Position numbers and translations under genes: made by a program. A stretch of 64,000 nt of DNA from positions 47,237-111,236 of the forward strand of contig NIVC01001360.1 in assembly GCA_002269645.1 (NCBI GenBank), read 5' to 3'. Below the pieces are notes generated by a model. That model did no database searches. It had not been told where the DNA came from and saw only the letters and a list, made by a program, of their open reading frames with translations. Within the stretch, counting starts at the first letter, position 1. Each line of letters begins with the position of its first letter. Origin of the DNA: Macrostomum lignano. Its lineage: Eukaryota. This document shows, one piece after another, positions 31,201-44,627 of this stretch.

Positions 31201-32324
31201 TCCTTTTTATCAGTTTTATTGGCCTTAGCTTGTACGCACACTTCACACTAATATTGAGTGCCGCATTCATTCTGAAAGCAAACATTGAACTCGCCGCAAT
31301 ATTTGTATTTCTGTAATAAATACGTAATGTATACACATCCGCAGCCATCCAGCGGTATTCTTGGCACCCACCGGAAGTCCGGCATCTTCGAGATGATGCG
31401 CACGGGCAATCTGTATCCAAGGGGGTACTTCTACGACATGGAAAGGGTAAGTCTTGATATCGAGGGTAGCTTGCATAGCAGAAGTGGGAATTCACGCACC
31501 TGCTGTTTCACAACACGCTGCAATGCCCTCCACAGAAAATGCTCGACTTCGACGAAGATGGCCGGACGTCCAAAATTTCAGACGCTGACGGCCAGATGCT
31601 CATCATCGGCATGTTCCTCACGCGGGCTCTCGTGGAGACTGTGAGCACACCGCTTTCTCTGATCAGAGCTTATTAGCTAATAAGTTTGACGCAGGCTACA
31701 TAATGTTATGTCAGTAGTGTGTGTGATCAGCAAGTCAAGGTGCTTAACCCCTGGCCACCCACTCCCGCAGCTGTACCTGAAGACGGAGCACTACGGCATG
31801 GTGGATGAAACCTCACCAAAGGCGGAGCGAAACACCCGCCTGGTCGCCAGCATCCTCATGTACATCTACCGGCGGCTGGTCGGCCAGCTCAGCACCATTG
31901 ACCGGGGCGGCAACATGAGCAAAGCTCCACTGCCCGTGAGTCCACCCCACTCCCACCTGACTTAATTCATGCGTTTTGTCCTTATCTGGCAGATGCTTTC
32001 GCAATTAGGCTCCACTAACGCTTGTGATTCGAGCTGCTTGAAGTTTCCTTTCTCGAGACGTTTTTCGGTGATAACCTCGTAATTACCTCCATACTAATTA
32101 CCTCCGACAAGCACCATGCGAACGATTTTGCTCTCATAAATTATACGAAAAAATCACTTTTTTGCCCCCAGGAACTGCCACCGGAGATGCGTGAGGTGCT
32201 CTATTCCGATGCGGAGATAAAGCCTGTGCTCAAGCTCATTAAAAAGAGCCTGGACTACGCTGAGCAGCTGCTGATGCAGTGGTCGCAAGAGTACATGAGC
32301 CGACTCAGAGAGGCAGCCTTCTAG
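28282..32324 (+). CDS. Uncharacterised ~508-aa protein with a DUF4587 (C21orf58-like) motif; join(28282..28386,28750..28996,29276..29489,29555..29610,29714..29761,29843..29916,30038..30295,31345..31446,31536..31640,31771..31935,32172..32324)
   Basis: Eleven GT-AG exons chain in phase without stops. MMEMMMMQNSQVHNMILNQMLMKQ resembles the C21orf58 motif [23 protein letters not shown] (recalled, not searched). Confidence 0.8.
30777..31040. repeat. 25-bp minisatellite (ATGATCCGGGGCAGGGAACGCAGAC) in intron 7
   Basis: About 10 copies. Confidence 0.94.
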
Positions 32325-35300
32325 TGCAGTGTAGTGCTGACGATAGATATCTAAAACAGATGCATCGAATAATGCGTATTTCGATTCTGCTCACTCAAGA
32401 AAGACTGTTAATTCGTAATACTTGTATTGTTGCTTAAGAAAATATTCGACAAGCCTGAATGAGATATTAGAATAAATAAATGACAATAGTCTCACCGTAC
32501 TAGCGTAACTGATCGCCACACTACCGTCGAATTCAGCTGCCATAGGCCATCGTTTGTTCGTAAAAAATTATAAGTTCGAGTACAAGCACATAACAGTTAT
32601 ATGTAATAATTACATGATAGTTAATGTGTATCGTTTTCTCTGATATCACGTTTCCCCTGCATGTGTACCACGGACAAGTTAAGTTAAGCTCCGTTAATTG
32701 TTCCTGATGCATATGAACATGTATTGTGCATAGAGGCAGGGCGGTCTGGTCCTATAACGTTTCATAAGGACCTGCCGCGTTGCATGGCCTTTCGCGGGAC
32801 TTGAGGACTTTCAGTAGACTGCATGCGCTTGTTCCGTGCATGATGAGGTCTTGTAGTCTGTTTCCTCTCTAGAGCATTCTTTATAACTATATTGTACACG
32901 TCAGTTGCTCTCTCCGGCCGCCATGCTCCACAATGACGAGACATTAGGACGACTTTAATGTGTATATACGTACGAGTATAATTGCATGCAGTTAGAGTTA
33001 TATTATACGTGTGTTACATACAGTACGTCTTTGGTATTTAATTAAATGTACATGAAACATGCAGAAGTTTATAAACTTTAAACTGTAAGGTCTTAAATAC
33101 AGTACACATGCAGTTAGTTAAGTTTTCCATAGCCTGAGAGGTGTGAGAGATCTGAAACCTCTGACGCCTTTAACAATTGTGAACCTTTAGGCTTTTCACG
33201 AAGATCGGTTCCAGAACCAGAATAATTCCGATTCCAGAATCAGAATTGGTAGGAAAATGAAAAGCGTCAAAATTTTCCATTCAATTTCCTATATACTAAA
33301 AATGAAAGATAAAACAATTTTATCTAAAATCGCGAAATGTTATTTCAAATTTGTCCTTTTGTTTCATAGAATATGCGACAACGGCCATCGAGAAAATTTC
33401 TCGAACCGCGGAATTCCAGAATCGGATCACGGTTCTGGAACCGATTCTGAAAACGGAACGGACAATTTGAAAAGCTTCGAACCGATTTTGGTTCTGGAAC
33501 AAGGGCCATATACAGTGGTCCTTGTTCTGGAATCGGTAATACGAAAAGCCTACTTGACAGGATGTGGTTGCTTCAAGCTGATATGAAATCGTACAAATCG
33601 GTTAAAGCCAACATCAAACTTGTTTTCATGCTTTTTCAAATCATGCTATGAATCAGCTTACATGTGATGTAATCTAAATTTGATAAGCATTTGTTTGAAT
33701 AAACAGTCTGCTTTTTAAATTGAATGCTTTCTATGAAACCGATTCTGTTGATAATCAGTTTGTACAGCAAGCAAGCGAGCGAGTTGGAGCAAGTCAAGGA
33801 CGAGCGACCCTTCAGCAGCCAAAGACAGAGGCCTTGTATTCTTGTCTCCGGCTCTGCTATATCTTGTTATGGTACATCGCAATCTCATGTGCTCAAATGT
33901 GGCTAAGATCATTGGCTTAGGCTTAGTGACTTAGTCGAATAAATGCCAGATCTGAGATCTCTAAACTCCAAATGAAATTTTAATATTACCTAATAAAGAG
34001 TATCAGATATGTAGTTGTTGGCTAGTTAAATTTAAAGGTCCTCTAAATTAAAAGCTACGCAGTCGCAGTGCAACTTCATTTAAAATCAGCTCTGTTTGCC
34101 TTACTTAATAATAAAATTGAAAATTTTTTTTGATGGGACCTTAGTTTAGGTTTTGCACTTCAAACATAATGTATTCTGAATTTTAGAATAAAAAGAATTG
34201 TTTTTGGCAATAACTAAACCTGTACTTTAGTTTGAGTATAAATTTGATGCCTCCAAGAAAAAAAATTTTGAGAATAAAAAACATAGGCCATAGGTAGCAA
34301 TCAATTTTTATTGTTTCGTTTTCGTTTTATTGTTTCGTTTTATTGTTATTGTATCGTATATTTATAAAATTATAATTTTACTCCCTATGGCTACTCTAAC
34401 AAAAAAACAATCTAGCTTGTAATCAAGTAGGTATCTTATTATATTCAAATTGACCTATTTTCAAATCTTTATGCAAGTGTTTAAAAGTATTTCCATATAC
34501 TAAAATGGTCTGTTGGTAGGTTTGTGTATGATCAATTAGAGAAAAAATGGCTTAACTGATTTTCTTTGAACTTGCACCATTAGAAGTATTTTCAAATCTT
34601 TATGCAAGTGCTTAAAGGCATTTAATATCTTGACCTAATTTATACTATCCATAGGCATAATCACAAAAAGGGCAAATATATACTAGACTAGTGGTTTTTC
34701 AGGTTGGCTGATTGTATATCAAAATATGGGGTTAGTTTGGTATAATTTTCCTGTGGCTCAGTATCTAAAAGGCCTATACCATGAATATATTCTAATATTA
34801 AGCAATACATTTTAAAATGATAGTCTATAATCTATGATCCCTTGTTAAAATTGTTATTTCTCAAAAGTTTATTATTGTCTATTGCTTAGATTAAACAAGA
34901 CTTATATAAGGAAAATGTTTACTTGAATTTTAATTAGCATCACTTCTTACATAATTGTTATTATTAATTAGATTTTATTAAACTTCTATAAAAATGAGTT
35001 TCTAAATTCAGAGTAAGTAGAGCCTATTCAAGGCCAAAACCCCACTTTCCTAGACTAAAATAATTTACTCCTTATGATTGTCTTCTATTATTATTGCATG
35101 TTTTTACAACAATTAAAGTAAGGCTATGTTATAAAAACTGTGCATATAGAAATTAACAAAGTATATTGATCAATTAATAAACATGGATGTATCCATTGCC
35201 ATTGCATTTAGCAAAAACTGCCATTAAGCACTTAACTCCTTCATGCCAAGCAGGCTTAGCACTGAATTGCGCAGTATTTCTTGTCTGCATGTCTTCAATC

Positions 35301-35330
35301 TGCATTAACATCACTGACTGACCTCAGGCC

Positions 35331-37158
35331 ATGCCGCAGCAGCAGAGTGATGATGAAAAACCCAAGGATTCTGCGCTGCGGCCATCGTCAGATCCCTGCA
35401 GCCCCCGCTGCCTGCCGCAGGAACTGTGCGAGCGAATCCTTCGCCTGCTGGACGTGCGCAGCCTGCTGGCCTGCCGCGGTGTCAGCCATCGCTGGAGGGC
35501 CTCCGTCTCCGCCAGCGGCGCCTGGCGACTGCACGCGGCCCGGCTCGGCCTGCCGGCGGAGCCCGCGGCGTCTCTGGCGCAACGCGTGGCCCTGCTGTCC
35601 GGAGCCTGCGGCAGGGTCGCCGCTGTCAGGCTGGACGTCAGCAACGAAGAGGCTGCGGCTGAGGGAGGGATGGCCTGGGCCGAAAAGCTGCTCAGCGCGG
35701 TGAGTCCCCTGAAGGCCTCGCTGCCACATCCGATTCCGCCTTGATTCCAAACCATTCCATTCCCGCATTCCAGCCCATTCCACTCCTCAGATTCCAGCCC
35801 ATTCCACTCCCGGATTCCAGCCCATTCCACTCCCGGATTCCAGCCCATTCTACTCCCGGATTCCAGCCCATTCCACTCCCGGATTCCAGCCCATTCCACT
35901 CCCGGATTCCAGCCCATTCCACTCCCGGATTCCGGCCCATTCCACTGCTCAGATTCCAGCCCATTCCACTCCCGGATTCCAGCCCATTCCACTCCCAGAT
36001 TCCAGCCCATTTCACTCCGGATTCCAACCTTTCCAGCACTACAGTAACGGGCAGCTCCGGCTGCTGCTGTACACTCCCGAGCTCAATCGGGCCCGCGTCT
36101 GCCGCATCCGAGTTGTTCTTGTCAGCGGGGCGGACCCGCCCCCCAGGCCGGTGTCCCTGCGGCTGGGACGGCACGGGCTGCTGCTGCGCACGGACTGGCT
36201 GGGCTCCGGCTCCCTCCTGCTGCCGCTGCTGGGCCTCACACGCGGCGCCACCTGGCCGATGTTCGAGCTAGACGACAGCGTGACATCGCTGCTCGCCTAC
36301 CCTTGTGCCTGTGGGCACCGCCGGCTCGTCTGCGCCGCCGAGAGCCGCCTGCAGCTCTGGTCGCTGCCGCCGCTTGCATCGCCAGCCGCCGAGGTGCCGT
36401 CGGCTCGGCTGCGGCCCCAGGCGGAGCTGCAGTTCGACTCCACCGTTGAAGGCCTGGCCTACCTGGACCCGCCCGATGGCAACTGCCTTGGCGAGCAGCT
36501 CGCGGTGGCCATCAGCCCCAGCGCTGCCACGCTGGTTCGCATCGGCTGCCAGCGGCTGGAGCGGCTGCACCGCCTGACCGCTCTGAGCGACGCCTGCTTG
36601 AACATCCGCAGCCTGCCGAGCTGCTTCAACACCGTGGAGGAGCTGCTGGATGATGCCGGAAAGTTCTCCGGCTACTTCAGAGTGACGCGCTACTGGCAGT
36701 CTGCGCCTGGCGCCGTCAGCGGCTCCGACTGCCACTACGGGCCGCTGCGGCACCGCCTGAGCCGCCTGCTGCAGCTGCTGGACCTGCAGTCGCACTTCCT
36801 GCTGCTGTTCTCCGCCGGCCAGCTCGCCTGCCAGCAGGTGGCCGCTCTGTTCCGCTACGGCGCCGAGCGGCCACTGCTGCAGCTGATTGTGCCAGCCGTG
36901 TCGCGCCCCGCCAGCGGTTGCGGGCTGCTGCGCACCGCCGTTGTCCGCGAGCCGGTGCCCTGGTGTCACGGTCTCGACCCCCGCTGGCCCTGCCTGCCCC
37001 TCTACCTGTCCTTCACGCCGGGCGTCGAGTTTGAGCTTCTCCAGTGGCGGCTCGGCCTGCAGGAGGCGGGCGCGGCTGACCGCCTCGTCAAAGCAGAAGC
37101 TGCGGCGCTTTGCGAAAGCGGCGGCGACAGCAGAGCCGATGCTTTCAACGGAGTCTGA
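35331..37158 (+). CDS. F-box protein, ~496 aa; join(35331..35699,36037..37158)
   Basis: LPQELCERILRLLDVRSLLACRGVSHRWR F-box motif; donor gtgagt at 35700; acceptor tttccag at 36036; phase 0. Confidence 0.85.
35750..36025. repeat. 23-bp minisatellite (CCATTCCACTCCCGGATTCCAGC) in the F-box intron
   Basis: About 12 copies. Confidence 0.93.
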
Positions 37159-38383
37159 GCACCGCTTCACTGCAGAGCAACCACGATATTCGCTGGGATA
37201 TTTTTGCTCTTCATATTTTCACACCTCCGTGCCAGCGCCGCACTGACCCAACGAAGTCACTTGGCCAAGCGCCGAGTCTCTGCCCCAGATTGAGACGTTG
37301 CCACGGTGAAATTCGTCACTCTCATCTCATTCTATGATCTTCTGTGAGACTTTTTGAGAGGATTTGGAAATAAATAAGCTGACAGATACAAACTAGTTTG
37401 ATAGATTCCTGTTGATTTTTTATGAACGTACGCTCGTATCGCAAAACAATGGTTACCTTGTAGATGACTCACCGCGGTACCTGTCTGAGCTGTAGTATGG
37501 ATGCATATTTTTGCAGATAAGGTGTCTAGTGCACCATTTTCACTGATTTTCAACTACTAAAGCAGACCTCTATACTCAGCTGCACTTCTGCACAGGTGAC
37601 TGCTCTCATTTGTACTTTCTTACAAGTAGTTAATTACTTTTCTTTGAAAACTGCTCCATAAACCTACAGGGCTTTCATGTTATAAATTGCATCCGAGTGG
37701 AAAAATACACTGGAGGCGCCTCTCACCTGTTGAGCAACTTTAAAACAGTTAAATAGAAGTTACGGAGACTGACTTCCTTCTTTAGTTTTTCTTTGCCAAG
37801 AAAGTTCAAGGCAAAACTGCGAGAGAAAAAATATATTTACAGTCAGAAAAGTCCAGACTCAACAGAAAAAAAGCAGGACAGAGAACTCCAGCTATTATTG
37901 CAGAGCCACCTGTTTGAACAGGTTGCTGCGGGCAGGGGCGGGGCTGAAAGACCAGTAAGTAAAACAAAATATTGCAAGATAAAAACACGCTGCCACAACA
38001 TCAATGAACAAAACAAACAAAAACGAAAAAAGAAAATCCGGTTGTCAGCAGGCCAACAGGCTGTCCAACTGGACCCGTGCATCACGTGACAATTGTAGCC
38101 TAATTTGGTCCTGGATTCTGGGCGCGCAGACAGAAAAATGTGACAGATAAAAGCACTGCAGTATAACAAGAGACAATCGCGTCGGGTCCGTACGGCGGAA
38201 CTGATTAAAGCAGCGAATGCAAAACGCTGACGGAAACTGACTAAAAAAAGCAAAAAGCTCAAATAGGCAGCAATTTTTCGTTTTCGATGAGATTAAAAAT
38301 GAATTGTAGAAGCGAAAAGCAAGGAAACACAGAACATGTAAATAATAGCGGGACGGGACAACGTGAACAGTAAATCCATGGTA

Positions 38384-38602
38384 GCGATCACCAATTCACA
38401 CTAAACTGTAGTGTAACCCTCCTGGCGATCACCAATTCACGCTACTGTAGTGAAACCCTGCTGCGATCACCAATTCACGCTAAACTGTAGTGAAACCCTC
38501 CTGGCGATCACTAATTCACGCTAAACTGTAGTGAAACCCTCCTGGCGATCACTAATTCACGCTAAACTGTAGTGAAACCCTGCTGCGATCACCAATTCAC
38601 GA
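38384..38602. repeat. ~41-bp minisatellite (GCGATCACCAATTCACGCTAAACTGTAGTGAAACCCTCCTG), ~5 copies
   Basis: Direct tandem copies just past the Ly6 stop. Confidence 0.9.
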
Positions 38603-38617
38603 TTCGAGCTGCGAGCC

Positions 38618-39789
38618 TCAGTCCGAGTGCAGCCTACCCAGGGTGTCAGCAAGTGCAGCGACTGTGGCAGCGGCGGCACCGACTGCCAGGGCGACGCTGG
38701 GTGAAGCGAAGCGCACCGCCGCGTTGCAGTTGCGCCGGTCGCAAAAGCAGAGGCTGCCGCCGCGGCCGCGCGATTCATCGATGCAGACAAGATAGGGGGA
38801 CACCTTCTTCAGCTCCAGCTTATTCGAGCAGGTGCGCCGGATCCGCTTGGTATCTGCGGGACTCGGCGTGAGTTGAGCTGCGTCAGCTGGCGTATATGCT
38901 ATGATCGTGGCAGTAGGCGACAGGGGCTTCGCCATGTATAATTCTACTGGGAGAAAGATGTAATAGAAGCAGTATAAGTAAGTCTCTATATAAGGTATTT
39001 TGTTAATGCATATATTGCCGTTGACCATCAGGTGAAAGTTCAGCACTCGACACTTAAGGGGACCATGCAGCTGAGCAGGCTAGCATGCGAAATTGGGCGC
39101 ATTTTGAAAGTTGTAAGTCAGGAAAAACCGATGCTAAAATCTCGCTGTTGTGACCTTGAGATCCATTTGAGAGCCTGAAGTTAACACGAGACCTCCATTT
39201 TCTTTATTTATCGCATCTCGAGAGCACCTCGTGGATGAAGGCGTTAGTAATCTTTTTTTATGTTCACAATTGGAAGCTTTTAGCACAGCTCTGTTCCGAG
39301 AGTTACGTCATCCAAAGTGAGGCTAAGATGAGGACAAAGAAACGCCTGTCCCCTGCTACTGTCCCGCTCCTAGTGCGCAAGGGAGCAGTGTCGCAATACT
39401 CACCCCCAGAGCTGTAGACCCACTTGCTGCAGACGCCCAGGCATCGCACAGACGGAATGAGGCCCTGCTTCACCAGCGTCATGTCAAATGGGTCGCGGCA
39501 GTTTGGGTCCACTGACGTGTCGCACTCGATGCAGTTGACGATTTGCTCTGAGAATTTTCAGTTAATGACAGTAAGAAAAGATATGATTGCAAACTAGTAG
39601 GCCTCTCTCGCAAGCAGCAAAACCTGGTACTTAGACAGAAGATTAATCTACAGTAGTACAAATACTTAGAAAGAGGATTGTCAAAAATGATTTCAACTTA
39701 CCTCTGCAGAAATCAGGGTCAGAACTAAACCCAAGCCTGCCAATGGAGCACTGAGAGATAAACACCACTAACCAAAACTGCAACTTCAT
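38618..39789 (-). CDS. Ly6/uPAR three-finger protein (quiver/sleepless-like), secreted/GPI-type, ~155 aa; complement(join(38618..38853,39404..39547,39702..39789))
   Basis: Signal-like MKLQFWLVVFISQCSIG; CIECDTSVDPNCRDPF; CLGVCSK; RTC; LCFCDRRNCN; ten domain cysteines; hydrophobic C-terminus; phase-1 introns. Confidence 0.88.
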
Positions 39790-41958
39790 GCCTTAAAAGC
39801 AGGATGGAGGTGAGAACTTATTGATTGTATCTATTACAATCATTAATTAAATAGCCAAATAGACCTTTTTATTGATATAATTAAATAAAAATAGTGCTCT
39901 TAAAGTAAATGATTCAAGACTCAAAAGTTTTTATTTTTCATCATAGAGTTTGCAAGTGTTAACAGACTTGAAAAGAAACTTTTTTTGATAAAATTGAAAA
40001 TTTATTCAAATTAGCTTGTATAGACACTTTTACTAGCTCAAGATATGCTATGAATAATTGAAATCTACAGTGAATTAGCAAAAATAAGCATATACAACCA
40101 GAGCTGTTACTAGCAAACTTCACCCCCTCTTATGGAGGCAGTAAAGAAAAAAATGTTGAATAAACTAGGCTATGTACAGACTTGGAGAGTTTATAGTCTA
40201 ATGTTGTTAATTTCTTAAGGATATCTAAAGCAAAGCAAAGCAAAAGCTTAAAGCAAATAAGATTAAAGCAAAAAAACGATATCTTAGTTGTTCTCCTAAA
40301 ATACAGTATTTTTAGCAATATCCCCAATACATAAACCTTGGTACCTGAGCAATTCCCCTCATGAGCTTTGATATCTGAAAAGTTTCACATACAAATCTTG
40401 AAATAGTAGTATTTCCCCCAATGAGTCATAAGATTTTAACAATTACCCTATTAGACTAATATCGCAGCAATCTCCTAAAACACAGTATTTTATCAATTTT
40501 CTACATTTAACATCGAATTTACAGCAATGCCACCATGAGCCACAGATTTTTGGTGATTCCTCCCCATTAACCATGAAATCTAAGCAATCCCCCCCATGAA
40601 AACTAAAATCTTAGCATAGAGTCTTAAACATAGAAATAGAATCTAGCCCTATGAATATTTATTTCTTCGTAATGTTGTCACAAGCACAACACAAAAAAAG
40701 GAATAAATATGCATGCTAAATCATAACCTTCTACAAAATTTAAATCTCTTTAGCACGGACAATTCTCTGCCAAAAAAATATATTTCGAGACACATGTTTT
40801 ATTTACAGTTCTTGCTTTGCTACCGTTCGCAAGCATCTATTAATTTAGCAAATTTATTGTAAGAATCGTGCGGCGGCCGGGCCCGCGAAGATACAAAACA
40901 AAATTCAAGTTAGCAGCACGGACCATCACTAATTATAAGAAACACTTTGCTTGTGAGACTTGATGCAGGGAAAAATTTTTTGGCTTAGACATTAAATCCC
41001 TAATTTTAAATTTATAAATTTCAAATGTATTTAATCTTTAGTGTTATCTATCGTATCTTTCGCGTCCGCTATTTTTTCAGTTTATTTTATCTTCATGCAT
41101 ATTTTCAGGATCAAATAAAGACCAATAAAATATACTTATATAGATGACTCCATATTGCACTTGGTGACATGACCTTTATTTTTTATGTTAAAGCGTGTAA
41201 ATCTAAATAATTTCGGTGTTTATCACATTGCTATCCTGTTTCACAAGGCTTAAAACATTAGTGCAAAGGTAAGGCGAGAAAAGATAAAAAATCTAAAAAT
41301 GTACATGATAGTTTCAAGAAAGTTTTGTGTACTAAAACTTAAGTTAGCAGCAAGCTCGACAGCATCGCCGTATTCTTTTCTTTTCTGCACGATTGCTCGG
41401 TTAAAACTTGAATTTTAGTTGTTGGCTAAAAATTCTAAATTGTCTCCATTTTGAACTACAGCATCATTTTTTCTTTTAAAATTATATAAAACTACATATG
41501 CATCAACTATTCACTGCTCATATTATTCATTTTACCTAATCGTTACTGTCAGTAAGAGTACTTACTTTAAAGTAATTACTGATCACATTACCTAAATATA
41601 ATAAGTAAAATTACTGTAAATTATATATACAAGAGAGCTTTTATAAAGCTTTCTCATAAATAAGCCTTGTTTATGGTTTACAACTTTATAATTTTATTTA
41701 TTGACCTAATAATGTACTTAGCGACTGTATGAATAATCAAACTTCCTTCTTCAATGTAGATTTCACATTCTAATGTGACAGACATATTTAGAAGTCTATC
41801 AATACAACCTATTGCGTGTTCTAAAAAATTAGCATAACTTTTTCATATCAAATCAAAATTAAAAGTTAGTGCTTAGCAATACAAGTCAAAAAACAACCAT
41901 AACAAACTTACGGCAAAGTGCTTCATTCTTTTCATTCCTAAACTCGAATTTGCAGGCG

Positions 41959-43915
41959 ATGCGCAGCTCCTCTCGCCTGACCTTCCCTAGCGGGGGGCCG
42001 GCTGTCCTGACCGTCACTGGCGGCCAGCCCGACAGCATCGCCGCCACCGTCCTCGTGGTGGCCACAGATGGCAGCGGCAAGGCCTGGTCCGCCGCGTTCA
42101 CCGACAGCTACGTCAGCCAGCTGGCAGCAAAGGCGGGCGGCTGCACCGTCTCCTTCGCCGAGTTCGTGGCGGGAATCCGCGCCGCTGCTGGTGCTGCAGC
42201 CGAAGGCGGAGCCGCTCGACTCAGCGATGGAACCTCCTGGCAGCTGGACCTGCTCACCTTGGAGCAGCTGCAGCTGCTGCGGGCAACCAAGACTGGTGCA
42301 TCAGCTGGTGGTGAGCTGCCGACTTCTCTCAGCAGGGGCTTTTAGTTGCACTAAAGCGAGCTTGACCAGGATGCCAGCGAGAAGGCCATCATGCTTGCCT
42401 ACTGCGCTGACCCCTGAGCACATACAAGCGCGCCAATACTGCACACTTAGGCACGCGCTTATACGACGTACACATGACTTTCGAATCGTCAGGCGTGTCT
42501 TGGAGTTTGCCTTGAATTTGGGCCTTCAAGCACTAACTGTTCTGTTGTTGAATTAACGAACGCAGAAACAAGACAGATAATTATCCGGGCGCCCAGTGGC
42601 ACCAAAAGAGGGCTTGGCCAATAGGAGGGCGGCTCGTATTTTATGCACTCGGGGAAGGAAAGTTCTAGAAAGACCGGGAGAGGAAACTTCTGGAACTATG
42701 CGTAAACGGGACGCTTTCATAAGACCTAAATTTCACAACGCCTAAATTTCATATCGCCTAAATTTCACAACGCCTAAAACCACCACACTTCACAACGCCT
42801 AAATTTCATATCGATGGGAAATTTAGGCGTTGTGAAGGAGGCTGCATTTTTGATTTTAGGCGTTGTGAAATTTAGGCGTTATGAAATTTAGGTGATGTGA
42901 AGTCATGTGCTTTAGGCGTTGTGAAATTTAGGTCTTATGAAGCGCCCCCGCGTAAACAAGTCCTGCTGTGGAAGTTTCTAGAAACCCTGTCCCCGAACTA
43001 TCCCTACGCATTGCATGCCTTTGCAATACACAACACTAGCAGCAGAATTTAACTCCGAGTCTGTGATGCGCTCCACCACTCTTGAAAATACAAAAATTTT
43101 TCATTACTCGTGTTTTTGACTTCCACTTTCGTCCAACCAACGCAGCGGCCCCGCCGTTACCGCAGCAGCTTTGCCGCTTCCTCATCGTGACGCGCACACG
43201 CAGCTCTAACCGGGTGCACTTCCCGCTCCCGCTGGACCCAGTGAACGCTGCCGCCACCACGGCATCCCCCGAGTCCCGGAGCGCCGTGAAGCGGCCTGGC
43301 AGCGCCGGCGCCACCGACCTCCGTCGGCTGCAGACGCGGGTGGCGCAGCTGCGTCGGGAAAATCACCGTCTAGCAGAGGAAAACCGACGCCTGACCGCTG
43401 ATGCAGACGAAGCGACGGCTCTCCGGCGCGAAGCTGCCGAGCTTGGCGCTGCGGCGAGGCGAGCGCGCGCCAGTCTTGATCAGCGGCGCCGACGAGAGAG
43501 CGCCGCCAGCGCCGAACTGGCCGGACTCCGCGCCGAAGTGTCGAGTCTGAGACGCGCTGAGAGCGAGGCGCGGCGCCGGCTGGCGGAGGCGGAGGCTTCG
43601 CTGGCCGCCCAGAGAGCTGGGCTGCGCTTGGGCTCCATGCGCCGGCGTGCGCGTTCCCTGGAGCGCCAGAATACGGCGCCTCTTCCGCCAACTCAGACGC
43701 TTCCACAGCCTTCATCGGAGCGACCAGGCCGCCGCCATCGGCGCCCTTCGAATCTCTCTCCAGCTCCGTCAGCAAGTCAGTTGGCGGCCAGGGCTCGCAA
43801 CGGCGGGCCACCCAGCCCGGCGCCCTATGAGGCGGAGATCGGCGACATCGACAGGCGGTTGGAGCAGCTGCGGTGCGCTCTCGACCAGGCGCTGTTGTTG
43901 CCCGCCCGCGGTTGA
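41959..43915 (+). CDS. CCDC61: CCDC61/VFL3 centriolar coiled-coil protein (SAS-6/XRCC4-like head), ~373 aa; join(41959..42310,43146..43915)
   Basis: W..AF...YV.QL..KAG...SF..F, LDLLTLEQLQLLR and RFLIV....NRVHFPLPL match the CCDC61 head (LDLLTYTDLE.LR; RYLIL....DRIHYPLPL), followed by a coiled coil. Confidence 0.8.
42708..42949. mobile_element. 242-bp MITE with 8-bp TSD (GCGTAAAC) in the CCDC61 intron
   Basis: TIR GGGACGCTTTCATAAGACCTAAATTTCACAACGCCTAAA is matched in reverse at the right end; GCGTAAAC at 42700-42707 and 42950-42957. Confidence 0.88.
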
Positions 43916-44627
43916 AGCTTCGGGTGGACGGCGAGGCTTTTCAGCTGCACAAGGTCCCAGACTGAGCATTCGCTGACGGGTCATCCAGTGCCTTTTCACA
44001 TTTCATAAATTTTATGTAAATTGCATCGTATTTGTCTGTTGCATTTTTATGTTCAGCTCAATAAATGAGAAAACCGTGTTCTGACTGGTAAATCTGCCGC
44101 TAAAGCTGTGTGTTAAGACAGTGCATGAGTTGCCATTGCAGGATTCAGCACTGGATTGTATTACGAGTTGGGATTATGATTTTCAACGACTGCTGTTTTT
44201 CTACTGCACTCCAGTTGAGAGAGGTGTAATTCAGTTCTGACTGCAAAGTCTCGAAAGCATTTATCGACCACTTGTCAGCTGCAGATAAAAGCAGGGACTT
44301 CGGCGATATAAATTTACTATAGAAATCTATGGGTAATCCATAATTTACCTTAGAAGTCCCTGGTAAAAGCAAATTCATAATTTTAACGCGTTCGCAAGTT
44401 CAATAGGGCTGAAACATGCACATGCGCGAGCTAGGTTCCTTTATGTCTGCAAGTATCTGAACAAGAAGCTTAGAAATTTATTTTTTAAAGTTCTTTTAAA
44501 TCCATATATTGTCGAAAATATATCCGTAGTCATCAATGAAATTCGAGCCGCTATCATGCAAGCACCGAGTGACATACGATAAACATCAGAAAATTTCATT
44601 CATGAGGCGCGTGATGACCCGACACTC

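Noticed and set aside
33205-33545. Clustered TTCCAGAA/TTCTGGAA inverted motifs and a small hairpin
   Set aside because: Short and degenerate; no element boundaries or TSD could be defined.
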